Positions 10,220 through 20,042 of a stretch of DNA of 64,000 bases are shown here, in pieces; the first letter of the stretch is position 1, and each line of letters opens with the position of its first letter. Origin of the DNA: Candidatus Latescibacterota bacterium. Its GTDB lineage: Bacteria > Latescibacterota > UBA2968 > UBA8231. A model generated the notes under the pieces. The model was not told the origin of the DNA. It searched no databases and was given only the letters and a program-made list of their open reading frames with translations. A program made the translations under genes and the position numbers. Location of the stretch: contig CBDFJF010000001.1 in NCBI GenBank assembly GCA_965248265.1, forward strand, positions 288,001 through 352,000. Direction: 5' to 3'.

Positions 10220-10867
10220 TTACTCGTCCACGAGCAGGCCTGCCAGCTTCTCACGCCAGTCCTCCGGATAGCGCAACCCACCTTCCAGGCGAAAGTCCGC
10301 AACTAGAGATCTCAGCAGCTCCATGCGGGCGGCGCGATCGCTCATCTGCTGTCGAAGATGCTGGCGTACCCGGCTCAACTGGACGATGTATTCGACGAAT
10401 TCCTCGTCGAATAGTTGGTCCAGGTCTTGCCTCAGGCGGCTTGCGAGAGCGGGACTGGCGTTGCTGGTGCTGATGCTGATACGCAGCGGCCCGGGGTGAA
10501 CGAGCGCGGCCATGCCGAAATTCGAATACCCTGGTTGGTCGTAGGAGTTGAGCAGCAACCGGTCTCGGCATGCACGCTGGTAGATCTGCTCAGCAAGGGA
10601 TGTGTCTTCGACCGTGTTGACGACCAGGTGTACGCCATCCAGGTCATCCATTCGAAAACTCCGTCGATGCCACAGCAGGCTGTTGTCTTCGGCCAGTGAT
10701 TCCAATCGCGGGGTCACGCGTGGAGACACCACAACCAGCTCGGCCCCTGCGTCGAGCAAGCGTCCGGACTTGTCTTCCGCTTCCGTGCCACCGCCGATGA
10801 TCAGGCAGGGCTGTTCAGCGACATCCAGGCCGACCTGGAAGTACGGGTTGTCTGATGCAGGGCTCAT
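10220..10867 (-). CDS. Precorrin-2 dehydrogenase / sirohydrochlorin ferrochelatase (CysG N-terminal / SirC-like)
   Basis: CLIIGGG, LLDAGA, LRISIST-ASPALA-RLR motifs. Confidence 0.85.
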   Translation of the reverse strand: MSPASDNPYFQVGLDVAEQPCLIIGGGTEAEDKSGRLLDAGAELVVVSPRVTPRLESLAEDNSLLWHRRSFRMDDLDGVHLVVNTVEDTSLAEQIYQRACRDRLLLNSYDQPGYSNFGMAALVHPGPLRISISTSNASPALASRLRQDLDQLFDEEFVEYIVQLSRVRQHLRQQMSDRAARMELLRSLVADFRLEGGLRYPEDWREKLAGLLVDE

Positions 10868-11376
10868 AGCTTCGGCGAGATCGTTGCAACCATGTTGGCG
10901 AGCTCAGGCAGGACCAGCCGGTCCATGGCCAGTGCGGCACCTCCCGGTGAGCCTGGCAACGCGATGATGATGCGGCCTCTGTAGGTCCCGGCTACGGCGC
11001 GTTCCATCACGGCAGAGGAACCGTTTTCCTGGTAGTTCAACGTCGCGAAGATCTGTCCGAAGGCATCCAGGCGGCTGTCCATGATGCCGACGACAGCCTG
11101 GTAGGAGTCCTTGCTGCCGAACCCGGTACCGCCCCCGAAGATGACCGCCTTGCAGGAGGATTTCTCCGCGACAATGGCCAGTTCGCCTTTTATCTGACGA
11201 GCCATGCTCTTGACGATGGAATCATGAACGACTCGGTACCTGCCTTCGGCGTCCGCCGTCAGGCGGTCCACGATGACCTTGGCGATTTCGATGGTACGGG
11301 GCCTGTTGCGATCGCCCAGGGCGATGACGGCGCATCCGATGCCGGTCTCCTGGGGCGCTGAAGTTGGCGAGGTCAT
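10864..11376 (-). CDS. MoaB/MogA-family protein, divergent
   Basis: GGTG, RAVAG and ALPGSPG motifs; other conserved motifs are eroded. Confidence 0.75.
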   Translation of the reverse strand: MTSPTSAPQETGIGCAVIALGDRNRPRTIEIAKVIVDRLTADAEGRYRVVHDSIVKSMARQIKGELAIVAEKSSCKAVIFGGGTGFGSKDSYQAVVGIMDSRLDAFGQIFATLNYQENGSSAVMERAVAGTYRGRIIIALPGSPGGAALAMDRLVLPELANMVATISPKL

Positions 11377-12293
11377 CGGCCTCCACTCATGGCAGCGTAG
11401 TTCCGATCTTCCGGATCACCGTAATCGACTGGCAGGCCGAGCTCAAACCACCCCTTCTGCAGAATCGCTCCTGAATCGTCCCGCGCGCCGCCGAAGCCCC
11501 CCGTGACATTGTGGACCGCGCTAAAGCCAACCGCCAGCATGGCTTCGGCCGCCCGCGCCGACCGAGCACCTGATTGGCATCCGAGTATCAAGGGTGAATT
11601 GTGCTCGAAGTTGATCTCCATAACCCGGAGAAAATCCGCATTCGGCACCATTCCCATCGGTTCACGGTGCATGACGGGCACGTTGACCGACTCGGCTGGA
11701 TGGCCGTTGCGAAATTCCGGCTCCGAGCGCACATCGACGTAGGTGTAACCGCCCTTGTCCAGCAGCTCCTTGGCCTGCTCAGGCGTAATATCCTTGTAGC
11801 TCATCGGGTAGGTCTCCTGACGGACGAATTCCCCCTTGGAGGTATAGAGAGCATCGTACGATCTGGGCCGGTTCTTGAGGTAATCGAACCAGCAGGTGTG
11901 AGAACAGAAATACAGCGTGTTGCGCTCGAGGAAATTCTCATTGAACGGTTTCGAGCAGACCGGGCATTGAAGATTGGCTTTCCTTTCGATGGCCGCGCGG
12001 CCGCGATCCCGCCGGGCGTCGATCAGTCGGTTCAGATAGTAGGCGCCTCGCCAGCCGAGCGGGATGAAAAGGGCGAATTCCACCAGTGACAGGTGGGCCA
12101 CCGCCAGGAAAACGACGGCACCAGCGGCTGCTATCCAGAATGAAATGCAGTGAGGACAGCGAAACAGTTTCTCCAACACACTCGAACGGGAAGAAAGCTT
12201 GGTGCGAAGCCCTTCAGCATAACTGGATTGACGCAAAACCCGCGTCAATACGGCCGTCAGGACTATCAGCAGGAGAATCTGAAGCGCGACCAC
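11373..12293 (-). CDS. Membrane protein (DUF1360-like CxxC) fused to a TRASH/YHS-like Cys motif and a rhodanese domain
   Basis: LFRCPHCISFW between TM helices; CPVC...YFCSHTC; YVDVRSEPEF-GHP and active loop GCQSGARS. Confidence 0.75.
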   Translation of the reverse strand: MVALQILLLIVLTAVLTRVLRQSSYAEGLRTKLSSRSSVLEKLFRCPHCISFWIAAAGAVVFLAVAHLSLVEFALFIPLGWRGAYYLNRLIDARRDRGRAAIERKANLQCPVCSKPFNENFLERNTLYFCSHTCWFDYLKNRPRSYDALYTSKGEFVRQETYPMSYKDITPEQAKELLDKGGYTYVDVRSEPEFRNGHPAESVNVPVMHREPMGMVPNADFLRVMEINFEHNSPLILGCQSGARSARAAEAMLAVGFSAVHNVTGGFGGARDDSGAILQKGWFELGLPVDYGDPEDRNYAAMSGGR

Positions 12294-12410
12294 AACACCC
12301 TTGAGAGAGGGGTACTAAGTGACGTACTGAGATGACGTAACAAATGACATGGACATTGACGGCAATGTATTATTTCCAAAAAGGATAGACAAGATTCCGG
12401 GTAGCGGTCT

Positions 12411-14033
12411 CTAGCGGTCAGCTGTTCCATCCCTGACCACAAGCGTCAGTTCGTACGCCACGGGACTGCACCCGGTAGCCGTGCGCTGAATCCCAGGCAA
12501 CGGTGATGTGACAAAGCCCGCCAACTCCGTCGGCAGGGGGGAGTGGGAGCGAGCCACAAACAGCAGCGTCTCCGGCGCCGCCGCTGTTTCAAGGCCGGCC
12601 AGGCGCACGAACCGGGGATCGGCCACGGTGTAGATGCTTCGCCCGGTCTCTGGGCGGGCGTAGTAGGCGGTCGTGAACGGAACGTTGTACTGTGTGCTGA
12701 CAAGCGCCACGGAGAGTGGCAAGCCGGCTTCGCTGATGGAGTGCTCAAGTTTGCCCGTAAACGTCCGCCAGCCCGCGTACTCGCACAACCTCTCATTCCA
12801 CGAACGCGTGGGTTCTCGCGTCTGATCCACTGGAGATACCAGGCGAGGATAGGACTGGTCGAGGATTTGCTGAATCCCCAACGTGCGCATGATGCTGTCC
12901 GCGGTACCCGGGGACTTGAGGGCCAGACCAACGGCCGCGGTCTGCATCAAGCCAACGATGATTACAGCCAATAGCAATCCGGTTCCTGGCTGTCGATCAT
13001 CCGAGCCCACCGATGTTCGGGCGCCGAAAACATACGGCCACAGGGTCAGAAAGGCAGGAAGAATCCAATTGCCCTTGACCTGTCCTCGGTAGAGGGCGAA
13101 GAAACCGAAGCAGAGAAGGACCATGGAGGCGGGTATCAACGCCAGAAGCAGGCGACCATGTGCTCGCATGCAGGTTGGGCGCGAGGCAATCGATGCGCTG
13201 TGCAGGGCCCTGCCGGCAGCCAAGGCGATGCTGCACAGCGTTCCGTACAGCAGCCACAAGAGTAGGGGTGACACGAACAGCAGCGGGGCGACCAGGAAGA
13301 GTCCGCCGCGAGCAAAGATGGATGTTTCTCCGGCGATGCGTGACAGAGTGCTCAGGGCGCGTGGCAAGTGGAAGCCATCGCTCCAATGGGTCACGACCAG
13401 CGGTGCCATACAGACGCCGAAAGCAAGCAGGCTGCTGGCTAGAACCCGCCTTCGCAGTTCCAACGGTGTACCGGCGAAATACAGCCAGATGAACACCGAG
13501 GCTGCCAACAGCGCACCCGAGTACTTGCAGTACGGGGGGATGGCCGTGACCAAGCCCATGCCGAAACACGACACCGGTGTCCACGCTGCGTTGGCAGCAC
13601 GGTGAGCCAGCACCAGCACCAGAAGCCAGGCCGGTACGAGAAAGCCGTCAGGGTGCAGGAAGGAGCTCGAGTGCCAGATCCAATGGCTCGTGGTGAAGGC
13701 GGCGGCAGCCCACAAGGATCGTGTCTCGCTTAGGCCGTTGCTGCGGCACCATTGGAACATCAGCATCGTCGCCAACATTCCGGTAACGACCGGGCCCGCG
13801 CGCAACACCCATTCTACACCCGGAGCCAGCGTATGGGCCAGGCGGATGAGGGCGAAGGGAAGGGGGGCGTAGGTGAGATCCCAGTTGAGACTCCAATACC
13901 AATACGCCGCCTCATCCTTACCAAGCTCGACGCCGAGGGTCAACCACAGCTTGCATGCCGCCGCGACGACGACCAGAGCGCCGAGAATCAGCCCGGATCG
14001 GTTGACCCTGTACAGGGGCGCTGCTATATTCAC
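12411..14033 (-). CDS. ArnT/PMT-like (GT-C fold) membrane glycosyltransferase
   Basis: DEAAYWYWS after the first TM helix, PD motif, KY motif, many TM segments. Confidence 0.75.
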   Translation of the reverse strand: MNIAAPLYRVNRSGLILGALVVVAAACKLWLTLGVELGKDEAAYWYWSLNWDLTYAPLPFALIRLAHTLAPGVEWVLRAGPVVTGMLATMLMFQWCRSNGLSETRSLWAAAAFTTSHWIWHSSSFLHPDGFLVPAWLLVLVLAHRAANAAWTPVSCFGMGLVTAIPPYCKYSGALLAASVFIWLYFAGTPLELRRRVLASSLLAFGVCMAPLVVTHWSDGFHLPRALSTLSRIAGETSIFARGGLFLVAPLLFVSPLLLWLLYGTLCSIALAAGRALHSASIASRPTCMRAHGRLLLALIPASMVLLCFGFFALYRGQVKGNWILPAFLTLWPYVFGARTSVGSDDRQPGTGLLLAVIIVGLMQTAAVGLALKSPGTADSIMRTLGIQQILDQSYPRLVSPVDQTREPTRSWNERLCEYAGWRTFTGKLEHSISEAGLPLSVALVSTQYNVPFTTAYYARPETGRSIYTVADPRFVRLAGLETAAAPETLLFVARSHSPLPTELAGFVTSPLPGIQRTATGCSPVAYELTLVVRDGTADR

Positions 14034-14079
14034 GATTCAGTCGGAATCCCGCGAAAAAGTTGCCAGCAAGGAGTCGGAA

Positions 14080-14685
14080 ATGGCCGAGAAGGAAGAGGGG
14101 TTACTCAGCACGCTGGAAGAGCGAAGTATAGAACACTCCCTCCTGAAAGCGCGCAAGGTCTTCCTCTGGTCACCCGTTGACGATGAATCCGCCAAGGCCA
14201 TCGTCACGCGCTTGTTGTCATTGGATGCGCAGGACCCGGAAGGGGAAATCGTCCTCTACATCAACAGTCCGGGGGGCACGATCCATGACGGTCTCGCCAT
14301 TTACGATGCCATGCAGGCGATCAGTTGCAAGGTTTCGACCGTCTGCACCGGCATGGCCGCCAGCATGGGTGCCGTGCTGCTGGCCGGCGGTGAAAAAGGA
14401 CGCCGCTTTACCTGGCCTCACGCCCGGATAATGATCCATCAGCCATTGGTAATGGGCACGATCACCGGACGCGCCACAGACCTCGATATTCGAGCCCGGG
14501 AGATGATCGGCTACAAGGAGGAAATCAACCGGCTCCTGGCCGGCCACACCGGCAAGAAGGTCGAGCAGATTGCCGCGGACACCGACCGTGATTACTTCAT
14601 GTCGGCGCCGGACGCCGTGGAATACGGACTCGTCGATGCCATCATTACTACTCCAGGGGTGCCGTCAACCAACGGCAAGGGCTAA
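14080..14685 (+). CDS. clpP: ATP-dependent Clp protease proteolytic subunit
   Basis: LYINSPGG, GMAASMG, RIMIHQP, DTDRDYFMSA. ATG at 14080 follows AAGGAG. Confidence 0.97.
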   Translation: MAEKEEGLLSTLEERSIEHSLLKARKVFLWSPVDDESAKAIVTRLLSLDAQDPEGEIVLYINSPGGTIHDGLAIYDAMQAISCKVSTVCTGMAASMGAVLLAGGEKGRRFTWPHARIMIHQPLVMGTITGRATDLDIRAREMIGYKEEINRLLAGHTGKKVEQIAADTDRDYFMSAPDAVEYGLVDAIITTPGVPSTNGKG

Positions 14686-14696
14686 GCAGCTGGCAA

Positions 14697-15533
14697 TCAG
14701 CGCTGGCATTCAGGGCAGTAGAAGCTGCTGCGTCCCGCAAGAACCAGATTGCGTACCGGCGCGTCGCACACCGTACAGTTTTCATCTGCACGACCATAGA
14801 CTGCAAGCTGCTGCTGGAAACGGCCCCCGCTGCCCGAGCCCAGGTAGTCACTGACGGTTGTGCCTCCCTGGCGAATCGCCTGCCGCAACACCGCCTTTAT
14901 CTGTTCCACAAGCACAGCCACCCGTTTTTTGCTCAGCCGACTGGCACGAATCGTGGGCCGGATGCCAGCCCGGAAGAGGGCTTCGCTGGCGTAGATATTG
15001 CCGATGCCGGCGACGACATGTCCGTCCAGGAGAACGTTCTTGATCGGCCGTGCGCGGGCGCGGCACACCGACCACATGTAGTCGACGTCGAAGGCCGCCG
15101 ACAGGGGCTCGGGGCCGATACGCTGCAGGTAACGGCATTGTTCGAGCTCATCCGGCTCCAACACGAGTACCATCCCGAAACGCCGTGCGTCCGAAAACAC
15201 CAGCTTGGATCGAGTCAACTCGGATTGACTCAGGGTGGAGTGCTCTATACCAAAGACGACGTGGTCATGCAGCTCGTGGTTGTTTCTGAACAGGAGATTG
15301 CCGGTCATGCCGAGGTGGACCAGCAGGGTCCGCTTCGAGTCGACCTCGAGCAGGAGGTACTTGGCGCGACGCGTCGCCCGAGTGAAACGGTCTCCTACCA
15401 GACTGTCGAGGCGGGCTCGGGGCACCGGCTCACGCAGGCGCTTACGGCTCGTCCACACCTCGCTGATGCAGGCGCCGAGAAGGTGGCGCTCCATGGCGCT
15501 GCGGACGGTTTCGACTTCGGGCAGTTCAGGCAC
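14697..15533 (-). CDS. mutM: Formamidopyrimidine-DNA glycosylase
   Basis: MPELPEVE, HLGMTG, GIGNIYASE and a C-terminal CxxC...CPECQ zinc finger. Confidence 0.97.
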   Translation of the reverse strand: MPELPEVETVRSAMERHLLGACISEVWTSRKRLREPVPRARLDSLVGDRFTRATRRAKYLLLEVDSKRTLLVHLGMTGNLLFRNNHELHDHVVFGIEHSTLSQSELTRSKLVFSDARRFGMVLVLEPDELEQCRYLQRIGPEPLSAAFDVDYMWSVCRARARPIKNVLLDGHVVAGIGNIYASEALFRAGIRPTIRASRLSKKRVAVLVEQIKAVLRQAIRQGGTTVSDYLGSGSGGRFQQQLAVYGRADENCTVCDAPVRNLVLAGRSSFYCPECQR

Positions 15534-15696
15534 GGGATAGGGACGGTCGTGAGAATGGTTGATCGGAGCGCAAACGCGGGTCGTTCGCGGTCCAAGTTAC
15601 CCAGGCGAGTTTATCCAGACAAACCCAGGCCAGCAAGGATTATCGTAAGTTCACCGACGCCGATACTGACACAGAACGAATCTTGAGGAGTGATTC

Positions 15697-16995
15697 ATGG
15701 ACCTGACACAGCAACCACCCCGCCGGCCATCCAACAGAGCCATCGCCGGCATCGTCTGCCTTGCACGGATGACGGACAAAGCCAGAGGCCACGACGCTGA
15801 ACTCATGGGCGAGTACAAGTATGGCGATGACTCGGGAATGGATAGCGAAACCCTGTCTTTTTTCGGCATGGTGGCGGGGGAATTCGAGGAAGCGGCCGTC
15901 GATAACGACGATGCGCAGTTGACCGACCTCGTGACGGAGAGAATGGCAGGACGCGAAGCCGAGATCACTGCGTTCAACGAGGAGTGGCTGGCGCGGAAGC
16001 CGCAGGACGAGCTCCACCGCCGGCTTCTGGCCGAACGCCTGGCCAGGTACGCTCCTGAGCGCACCGATATAACGACCGTCATACAGTCCATTGAGCTCGA
16101 TGACTGGGGTGCCTTCCGCGACCTGGACCTCACGGCCGGACCTCCCCGTACGCCGTACCTGCGTTCGGTGGCTGGTGTCGCCGGCGCGGCGCGCATGGGG
16201 GACAAGGCCCGGGCGAAGGTTGCAGGGCTGATCGGGGAGTACAAGTACGGTTCCGACTCCGGCATCGATCGCATCATTCTGGAATTTCTCGGAGTTGGAG
16301 AGGATGAGTTCGCTCAAGCCGCGTACGCGAACCCGAATGACGACGAGCTCAGCGACTGGGTGAAGGTGCACGGCGATCTGTCCGCACCGCGGATTGCCGC
16401 GCACAATGCCCGTCTGAGCGCCCGCGGCCTCAACACCCCCGACGTAGGCGAGCGCTTTCTGCAACGCCGCGCCCAGATCGCTCCTGAACGCACGGATATC
16501 ACCGCATTCTTCGACCTCATCGACCTGGATGACGAACTGAGTTTCGGCATCGACCTCAACCGGCGCCCCCCGCGGAGCCCGTACGACGACAGTCTTGCCG
16601 GTTTGCTCGGGCTCGCCCGCATGATCGACAAAGCGAGGGCAGCCAATGCAGGTAGACTCGGGCTTTACTGGTATGGCCAGGATTCAGGCATCGATCGACG
16701 TTTGCTGGAACTGCTGGGCCTGTCGCAGGAGGAGTTCGCCGAAGCTCTGGAAAAACGCGACACCGACGACGCCGTGATCGAGTGGCTGGGAAATCGATTG
16801 GATAAAACCCCGGCCGAAAAGGAGGCGTTCAATGACATGCTCATCAACCTCCGTCCAAGTACGGACGGTCAGGAGGCTTTCCTCAGATCAATCGTGCGCA
16901 AATACGATGCTGATCGCACCGACATAGAGAGCTTTCTGGCCGCGGGTGTATTGGATGACGAAATCACCTTCGCGCGCCTCAAAGCGAAGGTGTGA
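15697..16995 (+). CDS. Protein of three tandem DUF5069-like domains
   Basis: DL-x3-PPR...ARMxDKAR...GxYxYG.DSG.D repeated at 15700, 16126 and 16552 (426-nt period). Confidence 0.8.
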   Translation: MDLTQQPPRRPSNRAIAGIVCLARMTDKARGHDAELMGEYKYGDDSGMDSETLSFFGMVAGEFEEAAVDNDDAQLTDLVTERMAGREAEITAFNEEWLARKPQDELHRRLLAERLARYAPERTDITTVIQSIELDDWGAFRDLDLTAGPPRTPYLRSVAGVAGAARMGDKARAKVAGLIGEYKYGSDSGIDRIILEFLGVGEDEFAQAAYANPNDDELSDWVKVHGDLSAPRIAAHNARLSARGLNTPDVGERFLQRRAQIAPERTDITAFFDLIDLDDELSFGIDLNRRPPRSPYDDSLAGLLGLARMIDKARAANAGRLGLYWYGQDSGIDRRLLELLGLSQEEFAEALEKRDTDDAVIEWLGNRLDKTPAEKEAFNDMLINLRPSTDGQEAFLRSIVRKYDADRTDIESFLAAGVLDDEITFARLKAKV

Positions 16996-17777
16996 CACCA
17001 TCGATGGAACAGTTTCCCCTCATCGGGATCACGACCGACATTCAGCAAGAGGATGGTGAGCGGCGTGTGCAACTAGTGGATAATGCCTATGTCCAGGCCG
17101 TCGAGCGTGTGGGGGGCACCCCTCTCATCATTCCCATCGTTGACCGCATTCAGTCGCTCGACGCCATCGCCGACCTGTTGGACGGAATCATCATCACGGG
17201 GGGACGTGGGATCGAGCAAGGGATCGTAGGTGAGCTTCCCAGTGAGCTTGCCCCCGTTGATGAGCTTCGCTACCAGTCCGACGCGACCCTGTTACGGGCT
17301 GTGCGCACTCGTTCCACGCCGGTACTGGGCATTTGCTACGGCATGCAGCTGATCAATGCGCAATTCGGCGGGACTCTCTACGGCGATGTCGAGCGACAGT
17401 TGCGCGGGAGTGGGTGCCACACTCCCAAGCGCAACGACGGGCAGGTGGTGTCGCATCCGATCGAGGTGGTTGCAGGGTCGAGGCTGCAGCGCTTGATTCG
17501 CGAGCGCGCTGCAATCCAATCCAAAGCACCAGAGCCCGGCGGCTCTTCAGAGACAACGCACGCGAACAGTTATCACTTCCAGGCCGTGGACCGAATTGGT
17601 GAAGGTCTGCGTGCCAACGCCAGCAGCAGTGACGGTGTCATCGAGGGGTTGGAGAGCGACGATGGCGTCATCATGGGGGTACAGTTTCACCCCGAGCGCA
17701 TGGGTGGAGACAGTATCTGGGACTGCCTGTTCGAGGACCTGAGGGAGCGGGCGGCGCGATCCAGAGCGCTACGTTGA
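16992..17777 (+). CDS. Class I glutamine amidotransferase, peptidase C26 / PuuD-like
   Basis: PLIGIT, GICYGMQ, NSYHFQAV, GVQFHPE; GTGA overlap with the upstream gene. Confidence 0.9.
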   Translation: MTPSMEQFPLIGITTDIQQEDGERRVQLVDNAYVQAVERVGGTPLIIPIVDRIQSLDAIADLLDGIIITGGRGIEQGIVGELPSELAPVDELRYQSDATLLRAVRTRSTPVLGICYGMQLINAQFGGTLYGDVERQLRGSGCHTPKRNDGQVVSHPIEVVAGSRLQRLIRERAAIQSKAPEPGGSSETTHANSYHFQAVDRIGEGLRANASSSDGVIEGLESDDGVIMGVQFHPERMGGDSIWDCLFEDLRERAARSRALR

Positions 17778-17805
17778 GGCCTCCTCGGCGAGGTCAGTGG
17801 ACACT

Positions 17806-18480
17806 CTATTGTTTGCTGGCCACCTGCACGATCCGGTTTTCCCCGAGAATGTAGGCGCTCAACGAGCCTCCGTGTACGCAGCCGGAGTCGAGGCCAAGAA
17901 GGTAGGGTCTAGTATCATCGCCGTTCGCTTTCTTGACCACGAGCCCTCCCGGAGCATCGTGGCCGAAGACGATGAGGGGGAGGTGGCAAGAGGCGGCGTC
18001 GATGACATCGTGCCAGCGCGGTCCGGCCAGGCCCTTCACCGGAGGCCAGGTGCGGATGGTGAGGAATTCCGCTCTCGACGTTCCCTGCACACCCGTTTCC
18101 GGGTTGATGCCGGCGTGAACGAGCAGGAAGTCGTCTTCTTCAATACACAGTGGTACTTCCTCGAGCCAGTGTTGAAGCGGTTCGGCGACAGGGGCCAACT
18201 GGTCAAGGGTGAATTCCTGGTCCACGTTGGAGAACGAGGCTTCTTCTCCGGCCAGACTCTGCATCAATTGCCGCAAGAGGCGATCATCATGATTCCCCAG
18301 GACCATTTCAGCGCCGGTCTCGCGGATGATCTCCCAAACGTGCAGGGGGAGCGGGCCACGGCTGAATGCGTCTCCGGTCAACAGGAGGCGGTCATCACTT
18401 TGTGCATACCCCACCTCGTCGAGCAGCTGTTCCAGTTCCTGCGCACAGCCATGGATATCACCGATGAAGATCGTCGACAT
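17806..18480 (-). CDS. Calcineurin-like metallophosphoesterase (ApaH/PrpA-like)
   Basis: GDIHGC, GDAFSRGP, GNHD, VHAG, FGH, LDSGC. Confidence 0.9.
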   Translation of the reverse strand: MSTIFIGDIHGCAQELEQLLDEVGYAQSDDRLLLTGDAFSRGPLPLHVWEIIRETGAEMVLGNHDDRLLRQLMQSLAGEEASFSNVDQEFTLDQLAPVAEPLQHWLEEVPLCIEEDDFLLVHAGINPETGVQGTSRAEFLTIRTWPPVKGLAGPRWHDVIDAASCHLPLIVFGHDAPGGLVVKKANGDDTRPYLLGLDSGCVHGGSLSAYILGENRIVQVASKQ

Positions 18481-18637
18481 GCGGTTTCTCGAAGGATGGA
18501 TTCGTCTGATTGCGACACTCAGGGTACTGGCCTATCATAACCCTGCTCAAGCACGGTCTCGATAATCGGTTACGACTAAGTTTTTCGTCAACTGCCGATG
18601 CCGCAATTTATTTGATTTACACCCTTGATTTACACCC

Positions 18638-19993
18638 ATGAACAACACTGCTCCGACCGCTCCTGCGCCATCCGCATGCCACGTGATGGCGAAACCTTCG
18701 GGCTCGGTCTGCAACATAGACTGCGAGTATTGCTTCTATCTGGAGAAAGAGAAGCTGTACCCGGAGGTTGGGCAGGACTGGCGCATGAGCGACGAGGTGC
18801 TGGAACGCTACGTCCGCCAGCAAATCGAGGCTCAGGATGTTCCGGTCGTCGACTTCGCATGGCAGGGAGGAGAACCGACCTTGATGGGGGTCGACTTCTT
18901 CCGCCGCGCAGTCGAACTGCAGCGGCAGTACGGTGACGGCAAGGAGGTCACGAATGCTTTCCAGACCAACGGCATACTCCTCGACGACGATTGGGGGCGA
19001 TTCCTCAAAGAAAACGAATTCCTTGTCGGTCTATCCATAGATGGCCCGAGGGCATTCCACGACCGCTACCGAGTTGACAAGGGGCAGAAGCCGACCTTCG
19101 ACCGCGTGGTTGCCGGCCTCGAGGTGCTCAAGCAACACGGGGTCCAGTTCAACACGTTAACGGTGCTCCAGCGCCACAACGCCGATCACCCAGAAACCGT
19201 GTATCGTTTTCTCAAGGAGATCGGCAGTCAGTTCATGCAGTTCATCCCGATTGTCGAACGCTCCACGGAAACCCCTGCGGCTGATGGTTTGGAGTTGATC
19301 GCCCCAGACTTCGACGGCGAGGCGACTGTGACCAGGTGGTCGGTCGGATCGGTGCAGTACGGCAAGTTTCTGTGCCGCGTCTTCGACGAATGGGTACGAG
19401 CCGATGTGGGAGAGCGTTACGTGCAGATATTCGATGTTTCCCTCGGCTCATGGCTGGGTCAGAGCGCCAGCCTCTGCATCTTTGCTGAGACCTGCGGCAA
19501 TGCCCTCGCCATCGAGCACAACGGTGATCTGTATTCGTGCGACCATTTCGTCTACCCGGAGTTCAAACTCGGCAATGTCGCAGATCACACGATACGACAG
19601 ATGGTTGCCAGCGAGCAGCAGCGCACCTTCGGTCAGGATAAGAAGGATACGTTGCCCGGATATTGCCGGGAGTGTGACTTTCGCTTCGCCTGCAATGGGG
19701 GATGTCCCAAGCATCGGTTCATCAAGACACCCAGCGGGGAGGATGGCCTGAACTACCTGTGCAAGGGGTACAAGCTCTACTTCGCCCACGTCGCCCCGTA
19801 CATGGAGTTTATGGCCCAGGAACTCAGGCAGCGCAGGCCCGCGGCCAACGTGATGGAATGGGTGAAGGAACGAGATTTCGCCAAGGCCAACCAGGCAACC
19901 AGGCCGCCGGGTCGAAACGACCCGTGTCCCTGCGGCAGCGGCAGGAAATTCAAACGCTGCTGCGGCGACAAGCAGCCCGCATCAGCAAGCTGA
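18638..19993 (+). CDS. Anaerobic sulfatase-maturating radical SAM/SPASM enzyme with a SEC-C tail
   Basis: CNIDCEYC, WQGGEPTL, YSCDHFV, CRECDFRFACNGGCPK, GRNDPCPCGSGRKFKRCC. Confidence 0.93.
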   Translation: MNNTAPTAPAPSACHVMAKPSGSVCNIDCEYCFYLEKEKLYPEVGQDWRMSDEVLERYVRQQIEAQDVPVVDFAWQGGEPTLMGVDFFRRAVELQRQYGDGKEVTNAFQTNGILLDDDWGRFLKENEFLVGLSIDGPRAFHDRYRVDKGQKPTFDRVVAGLEVLKQHGVQFNTLTVLQRHNADHPETVYRFLKEIGSQFMQFIPIVERSTETPAADGLELIAPDFDGEATVTRWSVGSVQYGKFLCRVFDEWVRADVGERYVQIFDVSLGSWLGQSASLCIFAETCGNALAIEHNGDLYSCDHFVYPEFKLGNVADHTIRQMVASEQQRTFGQDKKDTLPGYCRECDFRFACNGGCPKHRFIKTPSGEDGLNYLCKGYKLYFAHVAPYMEFMAQELRQRRPAANVMEWVKERDFAKANQATRPPGRNDPCPCGSGRKFKRCCGDKQPASAS

Positions 19994-20042
19994 TTTCACC
20001 AGTCGGAGCCAACCAAGACTTCACGCGAAAGACTGCATCCCC

